The notes: a model not told the origin generated them from the sequence alone. A stretch of DNA of 64,000 nucleotides from Eledone cirrhosa (GCA_964016885.1 OZ024754.1:14756001-14820000); one strand, 5' to 3'; counted from the stretch's first letter, positions 39,330-52,429 are shown. Translations and numbers: made by a program.

Positions 39330-39560
39330 GATAGGAACCTCCTTAGAAGGTAGGAGACCCCATTAAGACGTAGTAAGACAAGCACTACATCACTTATCAA
39401 AGAAGGAGAGGGACCTCTAACTGGTTGCTTGACTTGTTAGAAATAACTACCAAATGTCTCTCAAGTAACACCCTGCTCTCTTTGACCAGGTGCAGCAGTT
39501 TGAATAATGTAGTCCTAGATATAGAACGGGATGGTCATTACTGGACTGATGACTAGAGGC
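39330..39560. mobile_element. Old dispersed repeat (SINE-like)
   Basis: gacttgttagaaataactaccaaat-type motif also at about 26110-26155, 35825-35980 and 43390-43445 in opposite orientation. Highly diverged. Confidence 0.4.
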
Positions 39561-39577
39561 TTATTGAAAAACTCATA

Positions 39578-39768
39578 TATAATTGTTTCTACTTTTGGCA
39601 CAAGGCCAGCAAATACCCAGTACATTACTGGTACTTTATTTTATCGACCCTGTAAGGATAAAAGGCAAAGTTAACCTCGGCGAGATTTGAACTCAGTCCG
39701 TAAAGGGACGTAGCTATGCTGCAAAGCATGGCGTCCGATCCGCTACCGCTACTGCCAATCAACCACCC
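39578..39768 (-). mobile_element. SINE family 1
   Basis: TSD ctcatatataatt. Confidence 0.85.
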
Positions 39769-40542
39769 TCATATATAATTCAATTGAAATTTGTTGAATA
39801 AAATATTGATTGGTTGACCCCGTCAGATCATCGGTCAAAGATTTGGGGGTATTTGTTCCCGGCCCTTGACGTTCTGAGTTAAGATTCCATCGAGGTCAAC
39901 TTTACCTTTCATCCTTCCGAGGTCAATAAAATAAAGTCAAGTAATGGAGTCGATTTAATAAAACAATTACCACCATAAGCGTTGAGCTGGCCAGCCGCAG
40001 GTGTGAGCCCCGCGAGTTGGAGTGGCTTTTCCAGCGCCTCTCCCTTGCCGTCCTCCGAGGAAACGCCTTCTCCATTCTGTCCGCCGGGGCTGTGGGGAGA
40101 CAAGCCCTGTTGAATAGTCCTATATATTGTGTAGTCTGATAGTGCTAATATTTAGGTATATACTTATATTGATTAGATTCAATAGGAAAAAAACCAACGA
40201 GAAAAAATTTAATAAAAAAACTATATATGACAATAAACAGGAAGATGTGTAAATATGAAAATACACCCTTGACAGGTGCAATGTGTCTGAACACGGAAGA
40301 GCCGAACTCCCACCGTCATCGTCCCCATCTCTGTCGACCTCCATATCTCTCTGTATAGTGAGCAAATGGGGTTCCACGTGCTGGCCGCCCCACAGACCCG
40401 GCGGACAGAATGGAGAAGTCGTTTCCCCGAAGGTTGGTAAGGGAGATGTGCTGGAAGAGCCATTCAAGCTCGCCATTCTCCTCCCCACCTCAACATTTCT
40501 GGCCTTGTTCCTAAAATTAAAAGTCATTTTGCTGTTAAATAT

Positions 40543-40912
40543 ATTTGTTTCTACTTTTGGCACAAGGCCAGCAATTACTCCAGTATATTACTGGTACTTT
40601 ATTTTATCGACCCCGTAAGGATGAAAGGCAAAGTTAACCTCGGCGGGATTTGAACTCAGAATGGCAAGGGCTGTAACTCTATGTGTCAAAGCATGGCGTC
40701 CGACCCTCTACCGATACTGCCAATCCACTGCTCTGTTAAATATATTGGTTTCTTATATAGGCACAAGGCCAGTGAAAGTCGATTAAATTGACCCCAGTGC
40801 GTGACTGGTACTTTATTTTATCGACCCCGTGAGGATGAAAGGCAAAGTTAACCTCGGCGGGATTTGAACTCAGAATGGCGTCCGACCCGCTACCGATACT
40901 GCCAAACCACCG
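40543..40912 (-). mobile_element. Two different SINE family 1 variants separated by a copy of the target site
   Basis: ctgttaaatatatt at 40532, 40733 and 40915. Confidence 0.85.
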
Positions 40913-41239
40913 ATCTGTTAAATATATTGACGTTGCTGACCTGTTGCTGACCAACAACAACAACAACAATAACAACAACAACAACAACAACAACACCAGC
41001 AACAACAACAACACCAACAACAACAACAACGTACCATTACCGTTTCCACCTCGGCATTCTTCAACAACGACATCACCCAACGTGATATCTTCTCAATCTG
41101 TGACACCTATCAGTCACCTCGTCTGTCCTTAGAGAACAGTACATGACCTTAGCAATGGCCCTTTAAATTCTTACCTACATATTTCACTTTACGAACCCCC
41201 TTCTCGTTGGTCCCTTAAAAACATTTCTTCCCTTCTTTT

Positions 41240-42555
41240 TATTTTGTTGTTGTTGTTGTTGTTATTATTGATGTTGTTGTTATTGCTGTTGTTGTTGTTA
41301 TTGTTGCTATTGTTGTTGTTATTGCTGTTGTTGTTGTTGTTGCTGTTGTTGTTGTTGTTTTTGTTATTATTGCTATTGTTGTTGTTGTTATTGCTGTTGC
41401 TGTTGTTATTGCGATTGTTGTTGTTGTTATTGCTGTTGTTGTTGTTGTTATTGCTGTTGTTATTATTGCTATTGTTGTTGTTGTTATTGCTGTTGCTGTT
41501 GTTATTGCGATTGTTGTTGTTGTTATTGCTGTTGTTGTTGTTGTTATTACTGTTGTTGTTGTTATAATTGCTATTGTTGTTGTTGTTATTACTGTTGTTG
41601 TTGTTATTGCTGTTGTTATTATTGCTATTGTTGTTGTTGTTATTGCTGTTGTTGTTATTATTGCTATTGTTGTTGTTATTACTGTTGTTGTTGTTATTGC
41701 TGTTGTTATTATTGCTATTGTTGTTGTTGTTATTGCTGTTGTTGTTGTTGTTATTATTGCTATTGTTGTTGTTGTTGTTATTGCTGCTGCTGCTGTTGTT
41801 GTTGTTGTTGTTGTTGCTGTTGTTGTTGTTGTTGTTGTTGTTATTGCTGCTGCTGTTGTTGTTGTTGTTGTTGTTGTTGCTGTTGTTGTTGTTGTTATTG
41901 CTGCTGCTGTTGTTGTTGTTGCTGCTGCTGCTGTTGTTGTTGTTGTTGCTGTTGTTGTTGTTGTTATTGCTGCTGCTGTTGTTGTTGTTGTTGTTGTTGT
42001 TGTTGCTGTTGTTGTTGTTGTTGTTATTGCTGCTGCTGTTGTTGTTGTTGTTGTCATGGTGTGTCGTCGTTTTTGTTGCTGTTTTTTTTCTGTTGACGTT
42101 AATTTATTTTGTCAGGAATGGTCAAACTTCCGTTTCTCTCATTACTGTTACTGGGAGTGGTGGCGGTGGGGGCGTGCAGGTGGTAGCTGGTGGGTGGTGG
42201 TGTGTGGGTGGTTGCGGTGCAGGTTGTGGTGGTGGTGGTATTTATCGTGATGATGGTGGTGGTGGCGGTGTGGGTGGTGGCGGTGTGGGTGGTGGCGGTG
42301 TAGGTGGTGGCGGTGTTGGTATTTATCGTGATGATGGTGGTGGTGGTGGTGGTGTGGGTGGTTGCGGTGCAGGTTGTGGTGGTGGTGGCGGTGTGGGTGG
42401 TGGCGGTGTTGGTATTTATCGTGATTATGGTGGTGGTGGTGGTGGTGTGGGTGGTTGCGGTGCAGGTTGTGGTGGTGGTGGCGGTGTGGGTGGTGGCGGT
42501 GTTGGTATTTATCGTGATGATGGTGGTGGTGGTGGTGGTGGTGGTGGTTGTGTTG
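41240..42555. repeat. (GTT/GCT/ATT)n then (GGT)n-derived compound repeat
   Basis: Directly visible. Higher-order unit ggtatttatcgtgatgatggt recurs at 42237, 42318, 42411 and 42504. Confidence 0.9.
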
Positions 42556-42694
42556 AGGGTAGTTGTGGCAGGAGTTGAAGATATGATGGTGATGGAGATG
42601 AAGGTGGTACTGTGGTTGTTGTGACAGGTTGTTGTTTAGTCTCCCCTCCGAGGTCAACCTAGATCAAGTAGTCAGATGATCAAAGACCTTTTCA

Positions 42695-43060
42695 TCGGTA
42701 GAGGGTCGGATATGCTTTCCAGCATAGAGTTATGTCCCTTTATGATCTGATTTCAAATCCCGCCGAGGTTAACTTTGCCTTTCATTCTTACGGGGTCGAT
42801 AAAATAAAGTACCAGTAATGTACTGGTTAATTGCTGGCCTTGTGTCAAAAGTAGAAACAATTATTTTTTTCTTGGTGGATTGGCAGTATCGGTAGAGGGT
42901 CGGATGCTATGCTTTGATGCATAGAGTTACGGCTCTTGTCATTCTGTGTTCGAATCCCGCCGAGGTTAACTTTGCCTTTCATCCTTACGGGGTTGATAAA
43001 ATAAAGTACCAGTAATGCATTGGGTAATTGCTGGCCTTGTGCCAATATAAGAAACAATTA
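42695..43060 (+). mobile_element. Two tandem SINE family 1 copies
   Basis: Conserved head, body and tail. Confidence 0.85.
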
Positions 43061-43284
43061 TTTTGTCTTTTAAGGTCTCCAAAGCCCGGCTTCATGCCAG
43101 ACAATCTTTACGCAGACCACGAGTAGCACATGTGTGTTATTTAAGTGCATTTCGATAAAGAGGGAAATAATTAAAAAAGCAATTTATTAAAGTAAATGAA
43201 CATTGAATATTTAAACAAATCTTTTAAAATCAAAGACCAATATTCAATTTATCTATTTTATGATTTTAAACAAGTTAATTATTT

Positions 43285-43336
43285 TTTTGCGGCCCGGTAG
43301 CGAATGATCGACGGCCCTGTGGATGGGGACCTCTGG
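43285..43336 (-). mobile_element. Possible hAT/Charlie-type terminus
   Basis: - strand starts cagaggtccccatcc...gggccg, resembling CAGGGGTCCCCAACC termini. Partner TIR not found. Confidence 0.3.
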
Positions 43337-43754
43337 TTTCAGGGGCATCTAAAACTGCCATTAATCTGAATTTATTTGCTTAAAAGAGTAGGGAGTGTTT
43401 TGAGAGGACTTTGTATGTTTTTTCTAGCAGGTGAAATGGCCACACAGAAGCTTCTTCGGTTTATGCGTTCTGAGTTCAAATCCCAGCGGGGTCAACTATG
43501 TTTTAATCGTTTTGAGGTCTAAATAAACGGTCACCAATTTATGTACAATGCCAGCAATTTGGTAGGAAGAAAGAGCTCGATTATAACGACCCCCAGTCTG
43601 TTACCTTATTTCTTCCAGAAAGAGAGAGAAAGAGAAGAAGGAAGTAAAAAAGAGATATACTTCCGGGTCCCAAATAATAGGGTAGGGGAATAAGCGGTGG
43701 GTTTAGAAAATCGGTAATGTTAATATATATATATATATATATATATATAAAGAG

Positions 43755-43970
43755 AAGACGATCGACTTTCGTCAAATCGGACCGAGGGAACAATGTTTCC
43801 GTTGGTCTTTCCAATTGCTAATACTATCTATCGGTCGCAACTCCAGGTAGAAGGAGCAATGTGAAATAAAGTGTCTTGCTCAAGGACATAACGCATCGCC
43901 TGGTCCAGGAATCGAACTCACAACCTTACGATTGCGAATCCAATTCTCTAACCACTCAGCCACACGCCTT
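43755..43970 (-). mobile_element. SINE family 2 (CORE-like)
   Basis: As 31400-31607. Confidence 0.8.
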
Positions 43971-43973
43971 CAT

Positions 43974-44069
<96 letters not shown>

Positions 44070-44131
44070 ATATATATGCATATATATACATATATATGCA
44101 TATATACGTATATACATATGTATACATATTT

Positions 44132-44193
<62 letters not shown>

Positions 44194-44251
44194 AAATATG
44201 TATATATATGTATATATGCATATATATGTATATATATATATGCATATATAT

Positions 44252-44428
<177 letters not shown>

Positions 44429-44550
44429 ATATGTATATATGTATATATATGAATATATGTATATATATATGTATATATATGTATATATATGTATATATAT
44501 GTATATACGTATATATGCATATATATGTATATATATATGCATATATATGC

Positions 44551-44610
<60 letters not shown>

Positions 44611-44626
44611 CAAGTAAGTATGTTTT

Positions 44627-44802
44627 GAAACAGTGAGCGAGTTTGAAATTAGAAATAGAATAGCTTTCACCCCTCAGATAAATGGAAAAAGATGAGTATT
44701 GACGTACGTCAATACTCATCTTTTTCCATTTATCTGAGGGTTCTAAACTCCATTATCAGGCTAAAATTTCTTTAATAAAAAAATACGGTGAAAGCTATTC
44801 TA

Positions 44803-44810
<8 letters not shown>
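44627..44810. mobile_element. Family G short palindromic copy
   Basis: Palindrome centred on gacgtacgtc (44701-44710), i.e. in the 3' acceptor strand of the tRNA-like part. Confidence 0.65.
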
Positions 44811-44850
<40 letters not shown>

Positions 44851-44943
44851 AAAGCGTGAACCTAATAAACTACCATTTGTACTGCCTCTCTGTTTTATGT
44901 TCCTGTCTAATATTTAACTATATATATATATATATATATATAT

Positions 44944-45057
44944 AAGTTGAAAAAAATGAAAACGAAATTTCATTTCTCACTCTTAGTATGGCACTTACTT
45001 AAATGTAAGTATGTATGTATACGTACATACATATATGTATACAGACGTACAGTAGCA

Positions 45058-45107
<50 letters not shown>

Positions 45108-45504
45108 TATACATATATACATACAGGTACACATACATACATGCACGCATCAGTTTAGCGGACGCTTATTATAACGCCGCTTTGTTCGTTTGTAAACAAA
45201 CTGAACAGCCTGATTTATGCCATACGGTGTTAAGGCAACCACGTCACCTTTTTGTTCAACACTGACACAGGAACGATGTACTAGTTTCAAGCTTGTTAGC
45301 TATCATCAGCACCGTTTACCCATCTGCCAGATAGTTGAACGTTCGAAAGTATATACTTTCCTCATGAAAATTAACGGCTGAGCAGCCTAATTTGCATATT
45401 GAGTGAGTTAAATCGGTCAGGCATACCGAAAACGATAAGTTGAAAATAAAAATGAAAACGAAATTTCATTTCTCACTCTTAGTATGGCACTTACTTAAAT
45501 GTAA

Positions 45505-45507
<3 letters not shown>
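44944..45507 (-). mobile_element. Family A complete ~490-bp unit with ~65-bp terminal direct repeat; HHR at 45274-45314 (-)
   Basis: Repeat aagttgaaaa...aaatgtaagta at 44944-45011 and 45437-45507. CGGUG CUGAUGA U AGCU aaca AGCU U GAAA CUAG UA CAUCG. Confidence 0.8.
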
Positions 45508-45544
<37 letters not shown>

Positions 45545-46034
45545 TATATATATATATATTTTTTTTTAATACTTGCGGAGGGTCATATTTGTGTAATAAT
45601 ATTGCCAGAATTAATAACAGAACACACCCACTGTTTGGTTGGTTTTCGCTTCTGTATCTTTTATATCAGTTAATTTAATTTATTCGGTCCTCAATGTTAC
45701 CATTGACTGACCAACGGTCAAAAATACAGATATAATATAGACACAAACACATATATATAGTCTAACAAAGTTCTTTCGATGCACATCTGCAACATCGTCA
45801 GTGGTGCTATTATGTTTCCTCCTGTTGTATTGTATGCCTACGCCATCTTTATTTAGTCTGTTTATTTATTTATTTTTGTGTTCTCTGCGCATGCGTTTGC
45901 GTGTGTGTATAGTGTTTGATGTGTGTTCGTATTTGGCTGACTGTGTATTGGTTATTTTATTCTATCTTAATTTACTAGTGTGTGTTTATATGCGTTTGTT
46001 GTTATTGTGCTTGTGTATGTATTTATTTATTTAT

Positions 46035-46886
46035 TTATACTTCTCTTAGGTCAGTGTTGTTTGTTTGGGTATTGTTGTTATTCCATTCATTTTTTCTGTT
46101 TAGCCTTGGCCTTCTAAGTTCTATTTCGCTGGCCTCTCTATGCTGGGTCATTTCTATGTTTAGATATTATTCTAATTTCTATGTTCTCTGTGTTACCGTC
46201 GTGTTGTTGTCTGCCATGTTCGTATAGTACTGAACCGTTTTTTCGTCCTTTTAGTCCCCCAGTGTTGGTCTACCCTTTCACCTATGCTACGAGCTGTTTC
46301 GCCTATGTATGTTGTTGTCATGTTTCTGCAAGTACCCTCTGTACATCTCATGCTATAGATTACGTTTCTGGTTTTACAGTTTATCCGGGGGTTTACTTTA
46401 CATATAATACATTTCCTATCAGTACAGTGGGTTTTCTTAAAAGGGTAGGTTTTGCTGATCAGGGATTTTATGGTGGTTCCTGGCTTTTCTACCACCTTAA
46501 TCTTTAAGTCGGTCTTTCTCAGGGCCTTTCTACACTGGTTAGCTAATTTCCCTCCATGGGTAGCGTCCACAAACATGACACTCTGGTATCTCTGGTTGTC
46601 GTACCATGAGGTGGCTTTCCCTATCTTATGTCTAGTCCTATCTAAGCTATTCCATGATTTGCTCCTGTATAATGGGCAAATTCTTTTCATGTCCAGTTTT
46701 ATGAGGGTCTTATACTTCTCCGTGGTTCCTTCGTATACTCTGATTCTGTCTCTTTGGTTGTAGCCAGAGAACTGCATGCGGTTGATGAAGTGTTGGATGT
46801 GTCTTTCCATTTCTGTTGGGTCGCATATGCGGGACACGTTCTTCATCACTCGTACCAAGCCTGCCATCAGAATATTAAACTTAGCA
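46035..46886 (-). pseudogene. PLE thumb, Cys-rich linker and GIY-YIG endonuclease
   Basis: CTDRKCIIC..C, NVIYSMRC...C...YIGETARSIGERVDQH. After frameshifts, SVLYEHGRQQH and EASEIELRRPRLNRKNEW, stop at 46035-46037 (CCHH and E..N motifs). Confidence 0.9.
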
Positions 46887-47402
46887 CTACATTGCTGAGT
46901 TTTTGAGTATCAGGTATTTGGAGGCCATGGGTTTAGCGTAGTGTGAGTGGAGAATTTGGGCTCTCTCGTCTATAGTGTTAATCCAGAGTTCCGTGTCTAA
47001 TACAGGTAGTCTATTATCAGGGTGTTTGGAAGGGTAGTCGATAGTTACAGTTATACTCTGGTGTATGGAATTAGCTATCTGCTGGATGCTTTCCATTATG
47101 CTACATTCTAAAGCATACTTGTTAGTACTCTCTTGTTGGGGTGTCCTTATTACTATATTGACGTCGTCTACGTAACGAGAGTACATGATGAAGTCTATGG
47201 AGCTCTCATCAAGGAGATCTTTGAGTCTCCTTTCCCACCATACCATAAAAAGATTGGCAACGTCACCAGCTATGCTGACGCCAATGGCTGCTCCTTCATT
47301 TTGGGTGTAGATCTTCTCGTTGAATTTGAATAGGTGGCCCTTTAGGGTAGTTTTGATACTAGCCCCTATTGCATGTGCGACCATTTTTGTTACCTGATCA
47401 TT
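46887..47402 (-). pseudogene. PLE reverse transcriptase (palm/thumb) fragment
   Basis: FKFNEKIYTQNEGAAIGVSIAGDVANLFM, YSRYVDDV, LPVLDTELWI, HYAKPMAS. Frameshift near 46888. Confidence 0.9.
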
Positions 47403-47467
47403 GTTTTTTTTTTTGGGGGGGGGCACATATTCAAATAGTGTGAGTGCGTGTATATATGTACAGGTGG

Positions 47468-47519
<52 letters not shown>

Positions 47520-47522
<3 letters not shown>

Positions 47523-48285
47523 GAATAATAATGAAATTATTGTGTACAGTGCTCAGGTGCATTACAACTCATCAAAGGTGCATGTATAGTAATGGAATGA
47601 TGTTCAAATGTCAGGAAAATGAACCGTGTATGAGTCATAACATACATGTGTGTGTATGTATGGAGGGGGGACATCAGGTGCAGTGTCGGGGACTTCTGGT
47701 GCAGTGTTTGCGCATTTCAGGAAGCATAGAGGTTGTAAAAGATGCAGTCTCTCGGCAGCAAACAGCTGATGCAGGTAGTTTGTTCCATGGAAGTTTTAAA
47801 GGATGCAGTGTCTCGACAACTAACAACTGATGCTGGGAGTTTGTTCCATGGAGGTTTTAAAAGATGCAGTGTCTCGACAGCTAACAACTGATGCAGGTAG
47901 TTTGTTCCATGGAGGTTTTAAAGGTTGCAGTGTCCCGACAGCTAACAACTGATGCAGGTAGTTTGTTCCATGGAGGTTTTAAAGGATGCAGTGTCCCGAC
48001 AGCTAACAACTGATGCAAGTAGTTTGTTCCATGCTTCAGCAACTCTGAGCGTGAAAAAATGTTTCTGAAAGTCAAGGGAGCTGTGCTGTTTTCTAACTTT
48101 GTAGGCATGCCTACGTGTGTTAGACACGTGGAATTCAAAAAGGTGCTCAGGGTTGTTGTTGGCAAGATGGTTAATAATTTTGTGGGTGTTTACCAAGTCA
48201 GTTGCCAGACGTCGGAGCTTCAAAATGTATCCATAGGGTGAAGTAAATCCGTAGAAAACTGGTGAGGGTACCAGAGTCAGCATTC
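47520..48285 (-). pseudogene. 3' end of a CR1/L2-group LINE with an internal ~60-bp tandem array
   Basis: LKLRRLATDLVNTHKII...TRRHAYK...HFFTLRVAEAWNKL. The 60-bp unit repeats about 5 times at 47730-48032. Confidence 0.85.
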
Positions 48286-48302
48286 GAAGCTAGAGCAGAG
48301 TG

Positions 48303-48339
<37 letters not shown>

Positions 48340-48579
48340 TTATGCACATTCACACGCAGAGAGCGAGGGAGAGAGAGATGTATATAGAGAGGCATTAGTT
48401 TCATTCTCTAGTCCATGTGTATTATATTTCAGCATGCACTAACACATCAGTCTCAACACGAGGGAAACTATTTCTTACGAACATATACAAGTGAGCATGC
48501 ATACATGTGAGTGTATGAATATGTGAATATATACATACGTTTATATAAGTGTTTGAGAGCGTATCTGTGTAAGTTTATT

Positions 48580-48614
<35 letters not shown>

Positions 48615-48814
48615 AACACACACACATATATACATATATATATGTATATATATATAAATATATATATATAAACACACACACACACATATATATATGTATA
48701 TATATATAAATATATATATATATATAAACACACACACATATATATATATATACATATATTTATATATGTATATATGTGTGTGCGTCTCTTTCTCTCTCTC
48801 TCTCTCTCTCTCCT

Positions 48815-48860
<46 letters not shown>

Positions 48861-49056
48861 CGTGTGCGTGTGTATGAATGTATATATGTGTGTGCGCGTG
48901 TGTGTATGTATGTATGTGTATGTGTGTATGTGTATGTATGTATATGTATGTGTGTATGTATGTATGTATATGTGTATGTGTGTGTATGTGTATGCGTGTA
49001 CTTGTGTATGCGTATGTGTATGTATGTATATGTGTGAGTGTGTATGCGTGTACGTG

Positions 49057-49089
<33 letters not shown>

Positions 49090-49825
49090 GTATGTGTGTG
49101 TATATGTATATGTGTCTATGTGTGTGTGTCATAAATATAATACAACATAATTTGAAGTAAAATAATCGTATCACTAATCTGCTATATATTTTCTCACTAG
49201 TATTCATTTTCATTGGCAGACATCGTGGTAAGACGTACAAGTTCACAGTAATGGATGGGGGAGGGCTCAATGTTTGCTGTGGGGGTTTCGATTTCCCGTT
49301 AGAACTATTTCAGGACATAAGCGGCGCAATTTATAATAGAGGTATATTCGTAACAACTTGAAAACAAATATCATATGTTTCTCGTCGGAAAATGAATTTT
49401 ACACTTAGTACACGCGCATTGAGTGCTCATTCATTTAATGAAATGTTTGCATGGTTCAAGTACAATGGTATTTTTAAATACCACCTTCAATAATGTCTAT
49501 ATTCAGATTCGTCTTTAACCTGCCTGGAATGTTCGTGTTTTTTAAGTATTAAAGTAGCAACAACCTTCTGGTCTCATTGCATCACTATTACTTAACTTAT
49601 GTTAATTACTCTGAGAAGTAATTCATTGATTACTCTCTCATTCAGTGCTTTTTTGACAGCCTTCAAAAATCGATTGCGAATCTGCTACTCGCAGCTGCAA
49701 CTTCGGTTATACTCATTATATACGCAGGGGGGGGGGGGGGGGGGAGTCGATAAAATAAAGTACCAGTAATGCACTGGGTAATTGCTGGCCTTGTGCCAAA
49801 AAGTAGAAACAATTATATATATATA

Positions 49826-50400
49826 TGGTGGCTGCCAACTCGTTTTCGAGTACGGCCACTACTTTATATCCATGTAGGAGAACCCCTACCGATGCGATGA
49901 ACGAGTGTGACTTTTTAGTCCAGCCAGCGACTTGAAAACTCTGGTACAAACACTACACTTGTGACAATTATTGACACATAATGCTGGGCCCTGATACCAT
50001 GTGTCGACAAGTGCAGAGAGATCTCCAGATATAAAGCAATGCCTGTGCCGTGAAGCTTTTATAGTGAGCAAAGGTACTGCACAAAGCCAGTCCCACTCTC
50101 TTAACCAAGATGATATTTACCAAAAAGAAGAACAAGTCAACATCATTGGATACCATCAGAGTTGCAGGTGTTATATCAGAGTTTTCCTTCTCTTAGAATT
50201 CTGCCTTGACAAAGGCTAAGGGGTCATCTCTCCCAGTGATTTTGGATGGCCATTGACTCTTAAGAGCTCCTTTGCCCTTTGACAGGTTTTGTTTTTAGTC
50301 CTGCAGGATGTCCGAAGTCACCCTCCTCACCAAGAAACCTTGGTGGGGTTGCCAGTTTAGTCGCCAACGACCCGACCATGAGACAGGTTGTACTGGGATA
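49826..50400 (-). mobile_element. Family L bipartite RTE element, apparently full length (~575 bp)
   Basis: 5' part gggtcgttggcgactaaactggcaacccc...agagaaggaaaactctga; 3' C2H2-like remnant and (TA)n tail. Confidence 0.7.
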
Positions 50401-50407
50401 TATGTTA

Positions 50408-50447
<40 letters not shown>

Positions 50448-50494
50448 GTTACCATATATATATATATATATATAGGGAGACACAAAGCAGGCTT

Positions 50495-50898
50495 TGTTTA
50501 AACGGCTAGCGAATTTGAAAATTAGGTAGTAACATGTGCTTATGCCGTATTTGACTAAGTAGAATTAGTCTGTTTGTTGGGATTTAAAAAAAAACCTCTG
50601 AATGGGGGGAAAAAGGATGAGTATTGACGTACATGGGAAACGAACTCACACCTTTGGTTTGCCGGACCAGTGTGTTACTATTACATCAATACGCCACCCA
50701 TGATTCCTTTTATTCAGTTAGAAACTATATAATCATAGCAGGTATATAATGTAATGGTAACACATTGGTCCAGCAAACCAAAGATGTGGGTTCGTGTCCC
50801 GTGTACGTCAATACGATCCTTTTTCCCATTCAGAGGGTTTTAAAATCCCGACAGACTAATTGTATTTAGTCAAATACGGCGTAAGCCCGTGTTACTAC

Positions 50899-50903
<5 letters not shown>
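50495..50903. mobile_element. Family G diverged palindromic copy with tRNA-like units at 50625-50695 (-) and about 50740-50810 (+)
   Basis: Anticodon loops CCGGCAA and CCAGCAA, GTTCG T loop, downstream T run. Confidence 0.7.
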
Positions 50904-50985
<82 letters not shown>

Positions 50986-50988
<3 letters not shown>

Positions 50989-51420
50989 AACGAGTAGGAC
51001 CCCGACGGCTGAGCTCAAGCCGTTTCGACGGCTAATTCTGGACTAAATGAAAATTCTGCTGTAGTCGTCACTTTCAAAGCACGACTGGGTTTCCTCCACT
51101 CCCTCTCCCTCTTTCTTCTATTGGCAAGTTCAGCTACCCCTTCCTTCCACAAAATGCCATGATAGAATTATGTGTCTCAACAACAAACTTTTGACCAATC
51201 CTTGTGACAATCACTTTTACCATATATGGAATTACCCCCTGAGAAGCTCGGCTATTCATTTACCAGGATAAAAATGTTCATATAGTCCAGAATTAGCCGT
51301 CGAAACGGCTTGAGCTCAGCCGTCGGAGTCCTACTCGTTCCTATTACCCACTCTACTACCCTAAGTATTGAGTACTTTGGTGCGTTATGGTCCATCTGGT
51401 TCCTTACCACATTTCCTTCG

Positions 51421-51422
<2 letters not shown>
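50986..51422 (+). mobile_element. Longest family C element; complete HHR-like motif at 51234-51329
   Basis: acccc CTGAGAA g..cggcta....tagccg.c GAAA CGGCT tgagctc AGCCG TC ggagt (ggggt in the other copies). Confidence 0.75.
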
Positions 51423-51499
<77 letters not shown>

Positions 51500-51502
<3 letters not shown>

Positions 51503-51791
51503 GTGTATAGGTGCAAGATAATTGCGTCCGTAGGCAGTGTGCATGGTGAGCACTCGATGCTCGCGCAGAGCAGAGTATAAGAATAAAGGAACAAAGAATC
51601 AGTGTTGCATCATAACAAAATCAGAGACGAGCTTACATACACAGGCATATCTGAGGATCTTTCAATTCCTAAGTCAGGTTCGATCAACAATAGATTTTTC
51701 CTCGAGCTGATCGACAGTGAAACATATGTAATATGTTATTAAATATGTTATGATGCAACACTGATATTTTGTTCCTTTATTCTTATACCAA

Positions 51792-51795
<4 letters not shown>
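51500..51795. mobile_element. Family O-related element; HHR at 51644-51737 (+)
   Basis: ggcatat CTGAGGA ...long stem II... GAAA CATATG TA atatgtt. Inverted arms about 51576-51617 and 51747-51787. Confidence 0.7.
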
Positions 51796-51883
<88 letters not shown>

Positions 51884-51900
51884 TAATATATATATATATA

Positions 51901-51961
<61 letters not shown>

Positions 51962-51966
<5 letters not shown>

Positions 51967-52429
51967 CAGAAGGGATATTCAATTTGTTGGTAATTCAACA
52001 AATATAAATGTTTATAACTTATTCAGAGCACTCGACAGATTTCTGGAGTATAATATTCAATGATATTAAATAAATGGAAACTATATTTATAAAACCATAT
52101 TTATTCTATTATATATATTTCTAGGGTACCAAAACTTTGGTACGCTTTCATCAGATAAAATACGAAGTCTGTTTTTTAAATTTTGACATAACCAAGAAAA
52201 ATACCTTAACGGTTCAAGTTTTCATTGGAAAACGTTAAAGGTTCAAGTTTTCCAAGGACCAAGGAAAACTTGAATCGTTAAGGTATTTTCCTTGGTTATG
52301 TCAAAATTTATAAAACACACTTCGTATTTTATCTGATGAAAGCGTACCAAAGTTTTGGTACCCTAGAAATATATATAATAGAATAAATATGGTTTTATAA
52401 ATATAGTTTCCATTTATTTAATATAATTG

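Larger units (their letters stand above)
45568..47402 (-). mobile_element. Penelope-like retroelement, C-terminal endonuclease type, 5'-truncated and decayed
   Basis: RT plus GIY-YIG remnants followed by a 3' non-coding end with an HHR-like motif (CTGACGA..GAAA, about 45763-45806). Flanked by (TA)n. Confidence 0.9.

Noticed and set aside
41239-42657. Mucin-like poly-Thr, Gly-rich (GIYRDDGGG) or His-rich proteins
   Set aside because: Trinucleotide-repeat derived, open in several frames, with no credible start, splice or domain context.
46035-47402. Selenocysteine-encoding Naiad-type PLE
   Set aside because: The endonuclease is C-terminal and the Cys positions are ordinary Cys codons. The breaks are frameshifts, not in-frame TGA.
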